The notes beneath the pieces were generated by a model. The model did not search any database. It was not told the origin of the DNA and saw only the letters and a program-made list of their open reading frames with translations. Made by a program: the position numbers and the translations under genes. 64,000 nt of DNA from Podarcis gaigeae (Eukaryota), in assembly GCA_964106915.2 (NCBI GenBank), contig OZ066926.1, one strand, 5' to 3'. This document shows, piece after piece, positions 45,165 to 59,371 of the stretch (within the stretch, counting starts at the first letter, position 1; each line of letters begins with the position of its first letter).

Positions 45165-48119
45165 TACAGTTTTCCAAGTGCAATCACACCATAGATTTGT
45201 TTATTATGATACTGGCAGTTTTGTTTTCATTCTGTTTCCTGATAGATTTTGTCCCAGTGTGCATCACTTTACAGCAGCTTACACTGAATTGCATTTGATT
45301 TCCTGATTCTCACTCACCCAGTTTTGAGAGATTCTTTTGGAGCTCTTTGCAATCACCTTCTGTTTTAACCATCCTCAACAGTTTCATATCATCAGAAAAC
45401 TTGGTTCTACTATTCCTTGATAGGGTGGACCTCTGTTTGGGAGAACGGTCCATTTATTATTACCTTTTGCTTCCTGATTCTCAACCAGTTACTGATCCAC
45501 AAGAGGACCTCTCACCTTATTCCATGATTGCAAAGGTTACTCAGGAGTCCTTTGTGAGCTGCTTTGTAAAAAGCTTTTTGAAAGTCTCTTAAGTGCACAG
45601 TGTCTTACTTTTTACAGATAATCATGCTTTTTGCTGATCTTCTGGTGCAGTAATTTGCCTAGTTCCCCCCTACCCTCATTGTGTCAAATAAGCATAACTG
45701 TGCATAACCTGCACTAGACATATTAAAATTATCTGTCATGAAAATCTGAATTCTTCATTTAGTACTGCATGTTTTGCTTTTCCTGTGCTTCCAACAGAAC
45801 TGAAGTGTGTACATAGTACTGGGTATTTGAGGACTGTGCTTGATATTTGACACCATAGGTTTAATTGGAAGTGTCTTTAATACCTTGGTTTGTTAGAGAA
45901 CAATCAAATCTATCTAATAATTTCACCATGCATGTTTCACATCTGTCCAAGCTTCGGGCAGTAGTAACTCAAAATTGCTAATAGATAATTAAGAAATTTT
46001 GGTTCAGAAGCTGAGCAACTTTTATTCTTATTAGTATGATAAAGAGTATAGAAAACAAAACTCTGTTCAAACAATCAAACATTTTTAGTTACATATTTTT
46101 AATGTGAAATATGACTTGAGTACTTGAATCTTTCCCTGTTCATAGGCACGCACAGCCTAATTATTACCGTTTCAAGTTTATTCTCCATCCATTGAAGTCA
46201 GTTAATTCTTCAGCTGGCTTCTTTGTGAGCAGGACCACTTTCTTGGCTGGGAGTGAAGCGGAAGGAGAGAGTGGTTGCCCACCTTGTGAATGCAACTTTC
46301 TCAGGAATGCAATTATTCAGGAAATCACTTGAAGATTTACAGCCCCCAGACTGCAACTCAGTAGGGAGGCAAAAGAATTTATAGCCCAGTGTTTGTGCAA
46401 AGTACTGAGGCTCAACAGGAGTCAGAGCAAGGGATTTAGTGACTGTTTAATTGTAGCCGCATAAAGGACAGTTCTGTTTCCACAATGAACTGTGTACGAT
46501 TATTCATTGCCCTGATGACAGAGGTTTCAGCCCTCAAATGCCACTCTTCTCCTGCTTTGCCTCAGCAAGTATTTCTTTCCCCCTCTTTTGCTGCCAACCT
46601 TCAGTTTCCTGACTGGGAAATTGTAGCTATCATGGTCTCTGCTGATACAGTAGAAACGCCGTATTTTCCCAGCTGAGTTAATTGCTGGTTTGGGGGCAAG
46701 GAGGAGAGATTGATGTTTTAGTCTCATAATAATCTGGAAACAGATTGGAGATGCAAGAGAAACCTCTTTTTATTTATTTTATCACCACAGAGAATTTTGC
46801 TGCTCATAATAATGTTCTTTATAGTATACCAGGCTCTGCTAGGCATTATCAGAAGTTGGATTTATGCTGATTTGAATGTTACACAAAGTAGTAACATGAA
46901 AAGCATGTGGATCCCAATGCCACACATGTTCTCTCCAAATCAATCCCAACTGGAGCGTGAATATGTAGATTCACTGCCACTTCTGAAGCCCAGCTGGCTG
47001 GATTTGCTGTCACAGCAGTGGGGCCCAAATTGGGCCCTTCTGTAGGAGCTGGAGCAACTTCCAGCAGAGCATGGCTGGCAAAGTTCCACCTCCAGCACCA
47101 TTTGGAGGCCCTTCCACAGGTTACTGACACGCCTGCAGTGGGTGCCTTCATTGTGGTGGAACCTTCCCTCTGCCAGTAGAGGCTGAAGGCCAACAAACTG
47201 GGATATCCACTTAGTCTCCACCCTCTCTAGCAACACACACTGGGGGTTAGGATTGCAGCCTGTGTCAGTTCTCTCAGGGTGCAATTTAAAGCATGCTTCC
47301 TTAGCAAAAATACTGTTGAACTCTGTGGCACTTATTTCCAGATATAAACAATTCCTTTTCTGACTGTTTATTTAATTTCTCACAGCACTTAAGTATCCTT
47401 ACTTACTGGAAAGTGCTTACGGATGCTGTACTTGCATAGACTTTCATATTAAGGCTGCACAGAATCTAAGGGTTCATTCATACTTGCGCTTGTCCCATGC
47501 CTAGAAAGTGTGAATCTGAGCTGTTTTCTCTTTGGCATAGGTCCAAGCAGTTTTGCCCTAGCCCCACTGCTTTCTCCTGGAAATGCTATTCTTTAGTGAT
47601 AAATTGGAACAAACATCATTCCAGAGAAAACCCAATTGACATTTGCTCCAATTCAGCAGTAAATATTGGGTTTCCCTGGAAGAAAGCGGTGGAGCAAGGG
47701 AAATCTGGATGAGCCCTAAGTGTTATCAGACGTAATGACGAATATATGAATCTGTCTTACATTGGCCTTTTAAAATACTTTAAAAAATAAATTATGGATG
47801 CTGTGGATTGAATCTTGGAGCTTCTGCATACAGAGCAAATGCCATGCCACTACATTTTCAGTTGTAATATGTGCTTTATTTTGAAGGGTTTATTTTCATT
47901 TTAGTACATCATAGCTATGTAAAACTTACTAGGATGCAATGGCTGTTTACTTTTGAGACCTGTTGAGTGGTATTGATAGGCAAGCCTTAGTTGAAAGGAC
48001 GAATTGACCCTTAAGGAAAGTTGAATATGTGCAAAAGACAACCCACAGGATTAGTAGTTTACATACATTTTGCAGGCACTGGGTGCATGTGAAGGTTTAG
48101 CTGGAGTTTTGGATCTTGA

Positions 48120-49370
48120 ATATTACAGACCAGTTAGCTGGTGGAATGTATTGTTAAGGATAAAATAACCAGACATATAGAAGAACAAGCCTTGCTGAAC
48201 ACCACCAGCATGGCTTCTGTAAGGGCAAGCCTGTCTCACAAACCTATTAGAGTTATTTGAGGGTGTCAGCAACCACAAAGAGGTGATCTGGTTGACATAG
48301 TGTATTTGAGCTTTCAACAAGCTTTCAACAAGACTTAGAAGGAAGACTCCCCCCCCCCCGTGCTTTTTAACTTATTAATAAATGATCTAGAGTTAGAAGT
48401 GAGCAGTGAGCTGACCAAGTTTGCTGATGATACTGAATTGTTCCAGATCATGAAAACAAAAATGTGTTTGTGAAGAGCTCTGAAAGGATCTCTCCAAACT
48501 GGTTGAATGGGTGGTAAAACGGCAAATGCAGTTCAATGCAAACAAATGTAAAGTGATGCATGTTGGGGCCAAAAAAATCTTAATTTCACATATATTCATG
48601 GGGTCTGAACTGGCTGGTGGGGTAGTAGTGGCTAGCTCGATGATGATGTTGAAGGTGTGTGGCAGCCATGAAATAGGCAAATTCAATGCTAGGGATAAAT
48701 AGGAAAGGAATTGAGGATAAAATTACTAATATCATAACGACGTTATACAAATCTATGGTGTGGCCACATTTGAAATATTGTGTATAGTCCTGGTCACTTC
48801 ACTTTTTATAGGATATTGTAAAGTCATAAAAAGTTCAGGAAAGGGCAACCAAAATGATCAAGGAGATGGAGCTGCAGTGTTTGGGACTTTTTAGTCCAGA
48901 GAAAAGGCAAGTAAGAGGCAACATGACTTAAGTGTATAAAATTATGCATGACATAGAGAAAGTAGACAGAGAAAAGTTTTTCTCCCTCTCTCATAACACT
49001 AGAAGAAAGCTGAGTGTTGGAAGATTCAGGACAGATAAAAAAAGGGCTTCTTCATGCAACACACCGGCAGCCTTGGAATTCGCTCTGGCAGGAGCAGGCG
49101 ATGGCCACCAACTTAGATGGCTTTAAAAGAGAATTAGACAGATCAACGGAAGATAAGGCTATCAATGGCTACGAGCCAGGATGACTATGCTTTGACTTCA
49201 TGGTCAGTACTGCAGTAGTGCTTCTGAATACCAGTTGCTGGAAACTACATGGAGAGGAGGCTGTTCTTGTGTTTGGTTCCTGTTTGGGGGCTTCCCACAG
49301 GCATCTGGTTGTGAGAACAGGAAGCTGGACTAGATGGGCCATTAGGCTGCCCAGCAGGCTTTTCTTACGT
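48120..49370 (+). mobile_element. Old CR1 LINE (decayed RT to 3' UTR)
   Basis: Remnants of YRPVS, QHGF.KG..CLTNL, KFADDT and QMQFN..KCKVMH; many stops and deletions. Confidence 0.85.
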
Positions 49371-52300
49371 ACTTGTGTTTCGTTTGCTTGAGTGTCCGGT
49401 GTTGTGGCCTTATTTCATGGATCTCTATGGAAGTATCAGAGGGGGTTGAGTGGTTCTTGATTTTCCAGCCAGTCTGGGAGGGTGGGTGGCACCTGGTGAG
49501 GTAGAAGAACTTGCACCCTGCTCATCTCAGCCTGTGGGAGGTGCCATCCCAAAGTAAGGAATGCCTTTCATGAGACAAATGGAAACAGAAAATCATGGTA
49601 AGAAAACTTCTGTTTCTCTGTTAAGTTTCAGTGAACTACAAAGTGCTGCTACAGTCACATTCTGAACACACTTCTACATGTAATTTGTGTTTGTTATATG
49701 AATTGCATGTTATAAGAATTATGTGTTTGATATGTAATGCAAGATTCCTGCATGCAATGGGTTAGACTTTCTGACCCTCAGGGTCTCTGTAATTCTGAGA
49801 GTTCTGTGATTCTATGATTCTGTGAATTTTCCAGAGGGGCAGCAATGTTAGGCTGTTTGGGCTGAAGATAATGAAGAGTTTTGTGGCACCTAAAAGATTA
49901 ATTATTTATGACGGCATATGGTTTTGTGAGCTAGACTCTTGTCCACATACCCTTACGCCATAAACTTGTCAGTGCTTAATATGTCAAAATATTTGTTGTT
50001 TCATCTGAATTAATGAATGAATACTTGAACACTGCAATGCAACATTTAGATTGCCAGCTGGTCTAATAAATACCCTTTTAGTGTGGGAATGCTTGCCTGA
50101 TTTCTCTACTTTTCTAAGCTTTTTCATAGCTTTTTTAAAAGTCAAAGTTATAATTTCTTGCAAAGCAAAACATTTAAATTGAGCTTTAACTTATAATCAA
50201 GTGTTTTTTTTAACTCCCTGCCATTTTTTATTTGAATCCTAAGTGAACATCAGTCGAATAATACTCAGTACAGAGGTCTCTAAAGAAACTTTCAATTGTT
50301 GGTTTTCTAGATGTTGATTCTTTTCTTGTTAGTAAAAAAAAAAGACTAACTGCAGTTGAATGTACTTGAGAAACACCTGTAAAGTGAAAACAAAAAAAAT
50401 TCCTTCCAGTAGCACCTTAAAGACCTGTAAAGTGAGTTATCCTACTGATTAATGACATAGTTCAGTTGTTACACCAACAAGCACCCTGGTATTTAAACAA
50501 AGTAAATTGGTATAGCATTTTGATTAGCACAGTAAAAGAGAAATCCCAGAATTAGTAGTTGAAGATAATTAGTAGTTGGTAGATGCAACACACCAGTCCA
50601 GACCTGAAAGAGGAAGAGAGGTATTGAAGCGTACCTGCTGTCTGTTTCAATAAACACATTCCTTTAGGAATGAATCAGAAAACTAATATATTTGGCTTTT
50701 GGACAGCTGCAAAGGCTATTACCTCAGGGTATGATTTTGACCCTACAGTGGATGTGTTCAGAGCCGAAAGCATTACATCAGCAAGCATCAAATACCAGAA
50801 GCTTCACAATAGCAATGTTTGAATGAAATCGTACAAAGAATCTCTTCTTTCATAGGGCCTTGATTGTGGGACTACAAGATTGTTTTGCTGCAAATGCTCA
50901 TGAATGTAGGATGATTTGCCTCCTGGAAGCTCAGGGAGGACCAAAGAACATGTGGTGCAGGCAGGGGTGGTGGGTATATGGTGTGCAAGGGGATCCAGCC
51001 CCCAATATTGAGGGGGGCAGCCACCCCCCTGCCCCCACCAGGCGCTCTCCATGTGCCCCAGCCTCCACCCAGGAGCCCACCTCTATGATTTCATGAGGTT
51101 CCTGGGGAAAGTGAAGGGAGGTCAACACTTACTCCACTAAAGCCCAAGGATACCATATTCATATTCTGGCGCAGTGAATTAACTCTGCATTCTCTCCTTA
51201 TGAAAGCCCCCTGACTCTCCTCACACATCTTCTTCAACTTAGGAGAAATCCTACTGCACATTGGTGTTTCAGAGTCCTGGCAGAGAGCTGTATGTAGTTA
51301 ATAGTAGTCAACATTGTGTTAGATCCTGAATTCATACCCAAAACTCAACAAATGAGCAGCAGCCCTGGATTACTTACTTTTATTTTTGGTGTTGAAATCT
51401 GGGATGGATGTTTAAAGAAATCCTCATCTACTACTTGTACCATGAAACATCCATTTCCACCTTACTTGTTTAGCCCAAACTCTCTCAATGGTCTCTCAGT
51501 TACAGTTCATAGCACTATTATAAGGAAGTGTGCAGTTGTGTGTGACTGGCATTGCATTTATACAAAAATGCCTTCCAAATCCGTACTCACTTGTGTGAAA
51601 CTTAGGTTGGGACCTGATTATTTTTCTTTTGCTACTAATTTCAAAGTTAAGGGAATGGGGCCTAATCCTTTAATTCTTACAGCATTCAGTGAAGCTTTAA
51701 AGCTTTAGGGCTCCCCTGCCTTACCCTGGCATTATTAACCAGACAAAAGGCTTTAATGGAGTTGAGCCTCTTCAGATCCAAAGGGTGAATCTTGCTGGTC
51801 AAAGGAAATCCCCTTGTCAGAGCCCATGAGTAAAGAAATGACTGCTCAGTGAATGGAAACCTGAGACAGAAATATGCCACCCCTGGCAAAGAGACAGGAT
51901 GCCTCCGTCAGATACCTTGCTCTCACAATATTGTTCATTTAAAAAGAAACAATGGAATCTTTATGTACTCCGAACTTAGCAGCTCTCCCTCAAGAGGAAA
52001 GGGTCACGGAGAGTGTTTCCTAATGCTTCTTTATAGCCTCAGTTACTAAGATGCATCCCTTTGTTAACTCTGGGAAATCACAAGTCTACTTCACACAGTA
52101 CATTTTTAGCTGTACACTTGTGAACAAGATCCAGACAAATGTGGAAACATTTATCATACAGAGATTGGGGACTGGCTGAAACTCTCTGTAGACTAGTTGT
52201 TGTTGTTGTTGTTGTTGTTGTTGTTATCCTGTCCATCTGGCTGGGTTTCCCCAGTCACTCTGGGTGGCTTACAGCATATAGATGGCCCTTGGGGTCCCTT

Positions 52301-53124
52301 CCAAACCTACAATTTTAGGATTCTATGACTTTATGCTCACAAGCAAATGCAGGTTCTCTACCACGAAATGGGTAAAATGGCCCTTCTGCATTTCTTTAGT
52401 CCCAGGACGGTTTTAATTGAGAATATTGACTGGCACAAACCAGAGTGGTTCTCGTTCTATAACATGTTTTCAGTTATTTTTGCATTACGTCTTTGAATGA
52501 GAATGTTTTCCCTACCTGGATAGTTGATATTTCTGTTAAAGCCATCCCAACAATTCCATAATATTAACATTGCTTCATTTCAGTTTTATAAATACTGTAT
52601 ATGGAGGGGGGAGCAAACTACCATAATATGAGCACTATCATGTTTGAACATGATCTGGGTAAGGGAAGCTTGTCACTTCCTGTGAAAATTCTAGCAATTT
52701 GCGGGTAATGAATTACCATTCTCATGGTTTGGCAGCTTGATAACAAAATCAGTCATTCAAAAATGTAGAAGGGTCTTCTTTCCTAGCCCTGCAGTATATT
52801 TGAAAAAAAAATGATATAACATTTCTAGGAATGAGGTCAGCAACTGATCACAGTAGTCAGAGGAATATGTTCAGGACTAGTTCTGTGATCTATGTAATTA
52901 TTTGTACTCATAAGACAGTATTGATTCTGAAACTTTTGTTGGTTCTAAAATAGAACATACCTTTTTTATTACCCATTGTCTTCTTGTTTTACTATGAGTC
53001 AACTGCTACATTAATTTACCACATTTTTCTGTTGTGCTAAAAGGTGGTTAAATCTGCACAAATGTTAATAGCATAATATGAGGCAAATATATTTCACTTA
53101 GTTTGCTTTCTCTCTTTTTTACAG

Positions 53125-54445
53125 AGCAATTATACCGGCCTTATTTTTTACCATGAAGGATGGCCATTGTGCATCCATGAGAAGATCATAGTGCAACTGG
53201 CATCCCTCCACAAAGCCCGTTTAAAACCAGGAGATTTTTACTTCCAGATTGTGCCGGTGAGAAAGCAGTCAGTCAACCTAGTGTTAAAATGTCTCTCCAG
53301 ACATGGGCAAGGAATGGAAGAGCTTGTTGTACCTGAAACCATGTACGGATATATTTTCACAATAGAGTTTTTGGAAAATGTAAACGGTAAACTGAATGGC
53401 TGTCCTTTGCAAAGCTGCTTGCTGACTACAGGCCCAGCCATATATAGGACACCTTGGAAAAATATTGTGAACCCTATATTTGTCCCTACAGCTGAAACAA
53501 TTCTGCAGACATATTCCAAAAGCTCTCTGCTTGAGAAATTGATCAGCAGCAGTCCTGATGCTAAAGCTATGACACAGACAATGGAAAGCAGCAGCTCACA
53601 TGAGAGTTCGACCTCTAATGATACCTGTTCTACCGTGATAGAGGTACCGCTTGCAGGCAACTGTGGAAACCAAGGTGATAATGATTCTGATTTATGTCAT
53701 GGCCCTGGGAGCAAGGCTGAAATACAAACCCCAGCACCCCAAGCTGAGCATGGAACTGTTGATGAAGCAAATCCAAGAGCACTTTCGGTTGCAGAGCAAG
53801 CCATCGAGGAACCAAAAATGACATCTGAATTGACACCTGATTTCTTTAAAGATTCAGCAACTCCTCCACTAGTGAAAAGGAATGGCCCCAAAAGCATATC
53901 CTTCAGCACAGACCTGAGCAGCCCATGTCAAAGAGGGCGGGATTCTCTGTATTTTGAAACAAAGCGATTGTTTAGAAAGTCTTATATAGAAGCTTTGCAA
54001 AACCCAATGAGTCTTGGTTCCAGCTCTGAGGAATCCATTGCAGAAGATGAACCGTCAGAGCATGTCATTGGACAGGTGGAGAATGAGTGCAGGGTCACTG
54101 AAAAAACATGTGAAAACAATGTTTGGCAAGAAAGCTGTTGGTCTGAAAGAATTTCAAAACAGGAGGAAACAAGACAGACAGTTAGATTTGGGAATCGTTC
54201 CCAGGCCTCTGAAAAATGGACTGTATCTCATGAAACAACATGTAGCAGGTCAGGTTCAAGAAGGTCACGGTCTTTAGACAGGACACATAAAAGCTCACAG
54301 AGTGAAGATTATAAATCCAGGGTGCCCTCAGATGCAGTGTTCAGTGAAAATCCCCCCAAAATCATAAATGGGCATTCTCCAAGGTCTGAGAGACTGGAGT
54401 CACATATTCATGAATTCATTGCTACAAAAAGCAAAGAGGATGAAG
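53125..54445 (+). CDS. PLEKHG4B: PLEKHG4B-like large exon (SNYTGLIFYHEGWPLCIHEKIIVQLASLH...SKEDE)
   Basis: Acceptor ctctctttttttacag| and donor GAAG|GTAAAA, 1321 nt, phase 0-1. HEGWPLC, PGDFY and LFRKSYIEALQNPM motifs; the remainder is a Ser-rich disordered linker. Confidence 0.93.
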
Positions 54446-54897
54446 GTAAAACAGATGCAAAGTAGATACCTCACTTATTCTTATTTAGTCAGCCTGTTTA
54501 AACCATGCTAACCGGTGTTCCTTTAGTTATTTTATTTTATTTTAGTTGGGAAGCATAGGTGCTATTTATGTTTATTTGTAGGGTGGCGGGGGGGTTGTTT
54601 TCTGCTGATATCCTGCTATATTCTGAGAGTTCAAAGATAAGTTTGTGGCTTTGAATGATGTAAATAGATCTATAACATTAAGCATACCAACAGCAGAACA
54701 AACAGAGCTAGGAAATGGAATGGCAGAGCTAGGAAATGGAAACAGCAACTACAGAGCTATCTCTCCTGTGATAGCAATTCTGATAACTCAAGGTTTAAAG
54801 TCACCATAGGCACAGTCTAAAGTGTTGGGAAATCAGTGGGATTTTACTTGCCCTGAACCAGTGCATGTGATTTAGGACCACTTACCACATGACATAT

Positions 54898-55260
54898 GGG
54901 ACGCAGGTGGCGCTGTGGGTTAAAGCCTCAGCGCCTAGGACTTGCCGATCGAAAGGTCGGCGGTTCGAATCCCTGCGGCGGGGTGCGCTCCCGCTGCTCG
55001 GTCCCAGCGCCTGCCAACCTAGCAGTTCGAAAGCACCTCCGGGTGCAAGTAGATAAATAGGGACCGCTTACCAGCGGGAAGGTAAACGGCGTTTCCGTGT
55101 GCAGCTCTGGCTCGCCAGATGCAGCTTTGTCACGCTGGCCACGTGACCCGGAAGTGTCTCCGGACAGCGCTGGCCCCTGGCCTCTTGAGTGAGATGGGCG
55201 CACAACCCCAGAGTCTGTCAAGACTGGCCCATACGGGCAGGGGTACCTTTACCTTTACCT
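54898..55260 (+). mobile_element. Sauria SINE, full-length, young
   Basis: GGGACGCAGGTGGCGCTGTGG A-box region, GGTTCGAATCC B box, (ACCTTT)n tail, 14-bp TSD ttaccacatgacat (54882-54895 / 55261-55274). Confidence 0.96.
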
Positions 55261-55768
55261 TTACCACATGACATTATGCACAGGATTAAGGAAAAACAAA
55301 GTGTACACCACTGTGTGTGAAAATCACAGTTCTCCCCCATATCCTGGTACATTTGCATTGATAAATGCTATGTATGAGGCATGTAGGACTGTCTGGACCA
55401 AAGAGCTATCATCAGTGGGAATTTATTTTGTTTCTTTTCTGGATATTAATGAGCTAAAAAGATTTCTGGTCTTCATCTGCCTTCTCTAGATCCTCTTTCC
55501 CCCTCTTCATCCCCTCTTCTTAACCACTCACTGCTCTTTGTAGCCACTCTTTGTGGGTGTTAGGTCACATTATTTTCCTTAGTGGAAAACCACACTCCCT
55601 TGAGGTATCCATTTGGTCCAGTAGCTGTGGGGAGTCACAGAGGTCCTGGAGAAACCCATATTACAACGTAGTTTTCTTATAAAGTGTTTTATGTGATGCT
55701 AGATAAATCTGACATCGTTAGACAAAAGAGTATATTGGCCATATGTATATGTAAATGTATATATACGT

Positions 55769-55770
<2 letters not shown>

Positions 55771-55806
<36 letters not shown>
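55771..55806. repeat. (AC)n microsatellite
   Basis: Directly visible. Confidence 0.95.
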
Positions 55807-55808
<2 letters not shown>

Positions 55809-57517
55809 TATTTAACAGTCTTCATCCCCATGCTGCATTCCTGCACAAAAGCCTCTTCTGTGTTTGCATAATTCCAACCTGTATGCAGCAATTTATACAC
55901 ATTTAGAATTGTCAGGTGTTTACAATATGCATGAGGAAATAACGCTGTTTCCTATTGCTTTGTAGGAAGTAGGAAAATAACATTCATGTTAGAAGCTGAT
56001 GATATGTGAAGCATCCCTGAAACTATTTTTAACCAGTTGGGTGTTCAGAAAAGTCCAGATTCCCAAGCTTCAAATTTAGGCAGATCTGTTTATTTAATGT
56101 AGGGGAATGATGCTTTTGCAATATTACCTTCCATTTGCAGATGAGGGAAGGATGTCAGAGCCACAATTCAATTAGTTCCATAGTATCTCAAAATAATCAC
56201 TAATAATGCAAAGTCCCCCGATCCTCAATTTCTGGCTTTGGCGAGTTAATGTTTTTCCCTCCCTCTCCCTTTTTTAGAGGATTTCGCTTTGGGTTAGGTC
56301 AGAACCAGCTTCAGAAGTTGTTGGCTGCTCTAAAAGCAAATATTTCTTGTGCCAAGAGCAATATCATATAATTTTTTAGCATAGCATTTTGCAAATGCTA
56401 AATCTTAGAATATAACATACTATTTTATCTACTGACATTTAGCAACTGCACTATAACAAGTGGCTGTCAAGTTGTGTGAAGGTATTATATGGTTTTCAGT
56501 TTCTCCTAGATTTCAGCAGAAATTTCTTAAGAAATTAAGAGATTTTTTTTTAAATAGTAATCATGAAAAACCAACCATATAGCATTTTGGTCATTTAATA
56601 CACTTATTCTTGTATTGGCCTGTTCAGAAGCCATTTAAATGAATGGATGGAGATTTAAGAAGATTTAGTTTGCAATCCTATGCATATTTATATTGAACTC
56701 AAATATAAATCACAAGCAAAAATACATGCGATAGGCTGTTATTCCCACTGACTTCCATCAGATAGAACTGATTTTAGATGCAATCCTATGCAGACTTCCA
56801 TGAGAAGTCAGTATACAGGCATGTATAGGATTGCACTTAGATAACTACTTTTTTCTGCAAAGTTCTTGCTTCTCAGTCAGTATCCAAGTGGAACTGAGCA
56901 GTCAGAAGGGCTGAGTGCATGTTATGATCAGAGGCTAAGGCACGAAAGCTGTGGGTTGTTTTTTTAACGTATCTAATGTCCTGCAAGAAATTAGACTCCA
57001 CTTAAATTTCATCACCGTGTAACTCTTTACAAAATCACTTTTCAAAAGTGAAAATTGGCTTCTCTTTCCAAAGGAAAGAGAGAAAGATCTTGCTGGAGAG
57101 GGTGCAACGCTGTGGGGTCCCTAATCCACGTGTGGTGGGACTGTTTCCAGAAACAATATTTCTGGCAAAATATGTCCCCTGAAATATCTATTACAATCAT
57201 TCATAATTCGATTGTGAATCCTAAATTAGCCCTTTTTGTCACTTGAGAGCAATTGTAACCCTAAGGTTTCATTTCGAACTCTTGGCTCTATCTCTACCTG
57301 GAGATACCTGCCAGGTAGGAAACGGGGGAAATTTTTACTTTGTTTTCCAGGTATGCTTCTGTTTGGGAACTAGCACTTTCCATCACAGCAGTGTTGTAAA
57401 TGGACAGGCAAAGAGGAGCAACTCTTTAGATACATGGTCTTTGTTTATTGTTCACATGACTATGTCAGCACAGCTATTACACCCCCTATGTCACTTGTGT
57501 GTGGTCTAATTAACCAG

Positions 57518-57524
<7 letters not shown>

Positions 57525-57593
<69 letters not shown>

Positions 57594-59170
57594 GTAATAA
57601 TTTTTTATTTATACCCCGCCCTCCCCAGCCAAGGCCAGGCTCAGAGCGGCTTACAAGCAATAATAAAAACAAGATGAATGATTACAACTTAAAAACAAAA
57701 ATAAAACACAACATTAAAATAATGGAACATTAAAATATTAAAATGTAGCCTCATCGCAGGAGGAGAAGGAAAAGAAAGGAAAAAAAGAGAGAGAGAGGGA
57801 GGGAGGGAATCAAATTGGCTCTAAGCCAAAGGCCAGGCGGAACAACTCTGTCTTACAGGCCCTGCGGAAAGAAATCAGATCCTGCAGGGCCCTGGTCTCA
57901 TGAGGCAGAGCGTTCCACCAGACCGGAGCCAGAGTTGAAAAGGCCCTGGCTCTGGTTGAAGCCAATCTAACTTCCTTAGGGCCCGGGACCACTAGGGTGT
58001 TGCTATTCATGGACCTTGAGGCTCTCCGTGGGGCATACCAGGAGAGGCGGTCCCGTAGGTACGAGGGTCCTAGGCCATGAAGGGCTTTAAAGGTCAAAAG
58101 CAGCACCTTAAATCTGACCCTGTACTCCACCGGGAGCCAGTGCAGCTTGAAAAGCACTGGGTGAATATGCTCCCATGGCAGAGACCCCTTGAGGAGCCTC
58201 GCTGCAGCATTCTGTACCCGCTGGAGTTTCTGGGACAGCTTCAAGGGCAGCCCCGCGTAGAGCGAATTACAGTAGTCAAGCCTGGAGATGACCGTCGCAT
58301 GGATCACTGTGGCCAAGTCAGGGCGGGAAAGGTAAGGGACCAACTGCTTGATGCGGCGAAGGTGGAAAAATGTCGCCTTGGCTGTTGCTGTAACTTGCGC
58401 CTCCATGGAAAGGGAGGCGTCAAGGATTACACCCAAACTCTTAACGGAAGGCAATGGCACTAATTGGGCCCCCGCAAGAGAAGGGAGTTGGTCCCTCATC
58501 CCCATGCCATCCCGACCTAGCCATAGGACCTCTGTCTTCGAAGGATTTAGTTTCAATCGGCTCCCACGAAACCATCCAGCCACAGCTTCCAAGCATCTGC
58601 TCAGTGTGTTCGGGGCCGAGTCAGTGTGGCCATCCATCAGCAGATAGAGCTGAGTGTCATCAGCATGTTGGTGACAGCCCAGCCCAAAGCTCCGGATAAT
58701 CTGGGCAAGGGGGCGCATAAAGATGTTAAAAAGCATTGGGGAGAGAATTGCGCCCTGCGGCACTCCACACACCAAGGAGTGGCGCGACGACATTTCCCTC
58801 CCTAGTGCCACCCCTGTCCCCGACCAGAGATAAAAGAGCACAACCAGTTACGGGCTATGCCCTGTATCCCCACGTCTGCAAGGCGGTGGTCCAGAAGATC
58901 ATGATCGACCATGTCAAAGGCTGCTGACAAATCTAAAAGGATCAGCAGTCCTGACCCGCCTCGATCCAGTTGTCTACGGAGATCATCTGTTAGGGCAACC
59001 AGAGCCGTCTCTGTCCCAAAACCAGGACGGAAACCGGACTGAAATGGATCTAATGCCGATGTTTCCTCCAGAAACCTACCAAGCTGTTCAGCAACCGCTC
59101 TCTCAATTACCTTACCCAGGTATGGAAGATTTGAAACTGGGCGGTAATTGGATAGGTCTAAGGGATCTAA
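57525..59170 (-). mobile_element. 5'-truncated L2-clade LINE with nearly intact RT
   Basis: NYRPVSNL, FQSGFR, LLDLSAAFD, GVPQGAILSP.LFNIF, HADD and SRLDYCNSL motifs; one frameshift at ~58820; stop at 57810; long (TTA)n tail at 57525-57600. Confidence 0.95.
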
Positions 59171-59371
59171 TTATGCATGTACCTTAATTTTACTTGATGC
59201 ACTTGACAATCCAATAATATGTACTCCATGTATTTTTTTTTTGCTTTATGCTATGTTTTTGGTGTTACACTTGAAAACCAATAAAAAACATTTTTATTTT
59301 ATTTATTTTTTAAAAAAGAGAGGGTGGGGACTCTAAGCTGTCTTCTTTCACATCACTAGTATTTTCTCCAG

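Larger units (their letters stand above)
44385..45600 (-). mobile_element. Old CR1 fragment hosting MITE B and a Sauria SINE
   Basis: tccatgaatttgtctaatc...gtgaccagaac|...|cagttttccaagtgc, collinear with 61530-62050. Confidence 0.75.

Noticed and set aside
43760-54445. Assignment to ARHGEF40, KIAA1755 or PLEKHG4
   Set aside because: Family motifs are shared, but [27 protein letters not shown] and YFHSIPR fit PLEKHG4B best from memory; reciprocal BLAST and synteny would confirm.
53167-54465. Standalone 432-aa gene
   Set aside because: Internal exon bounded by splice sites at 53125 and 54445; the TTG start and GKTDAK* end are ORF-caller artefacts, and no nearby poly(A) signal supports a truncated isoform.
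54898-54975. tRNA gene (A and B boxes, GGTTCGAATCC)
   Set aside because: It is the tRNA-derived head of a Sauria SINE with TSD and ACCTTT tail; the same applies at ~44940-45017.
57810-58841. Functional 343-aa reverse transcriptase gene
   Set aside because: Part of a 5'-truncated, frameshifted L2 copy lacking promoter and endonuclease.
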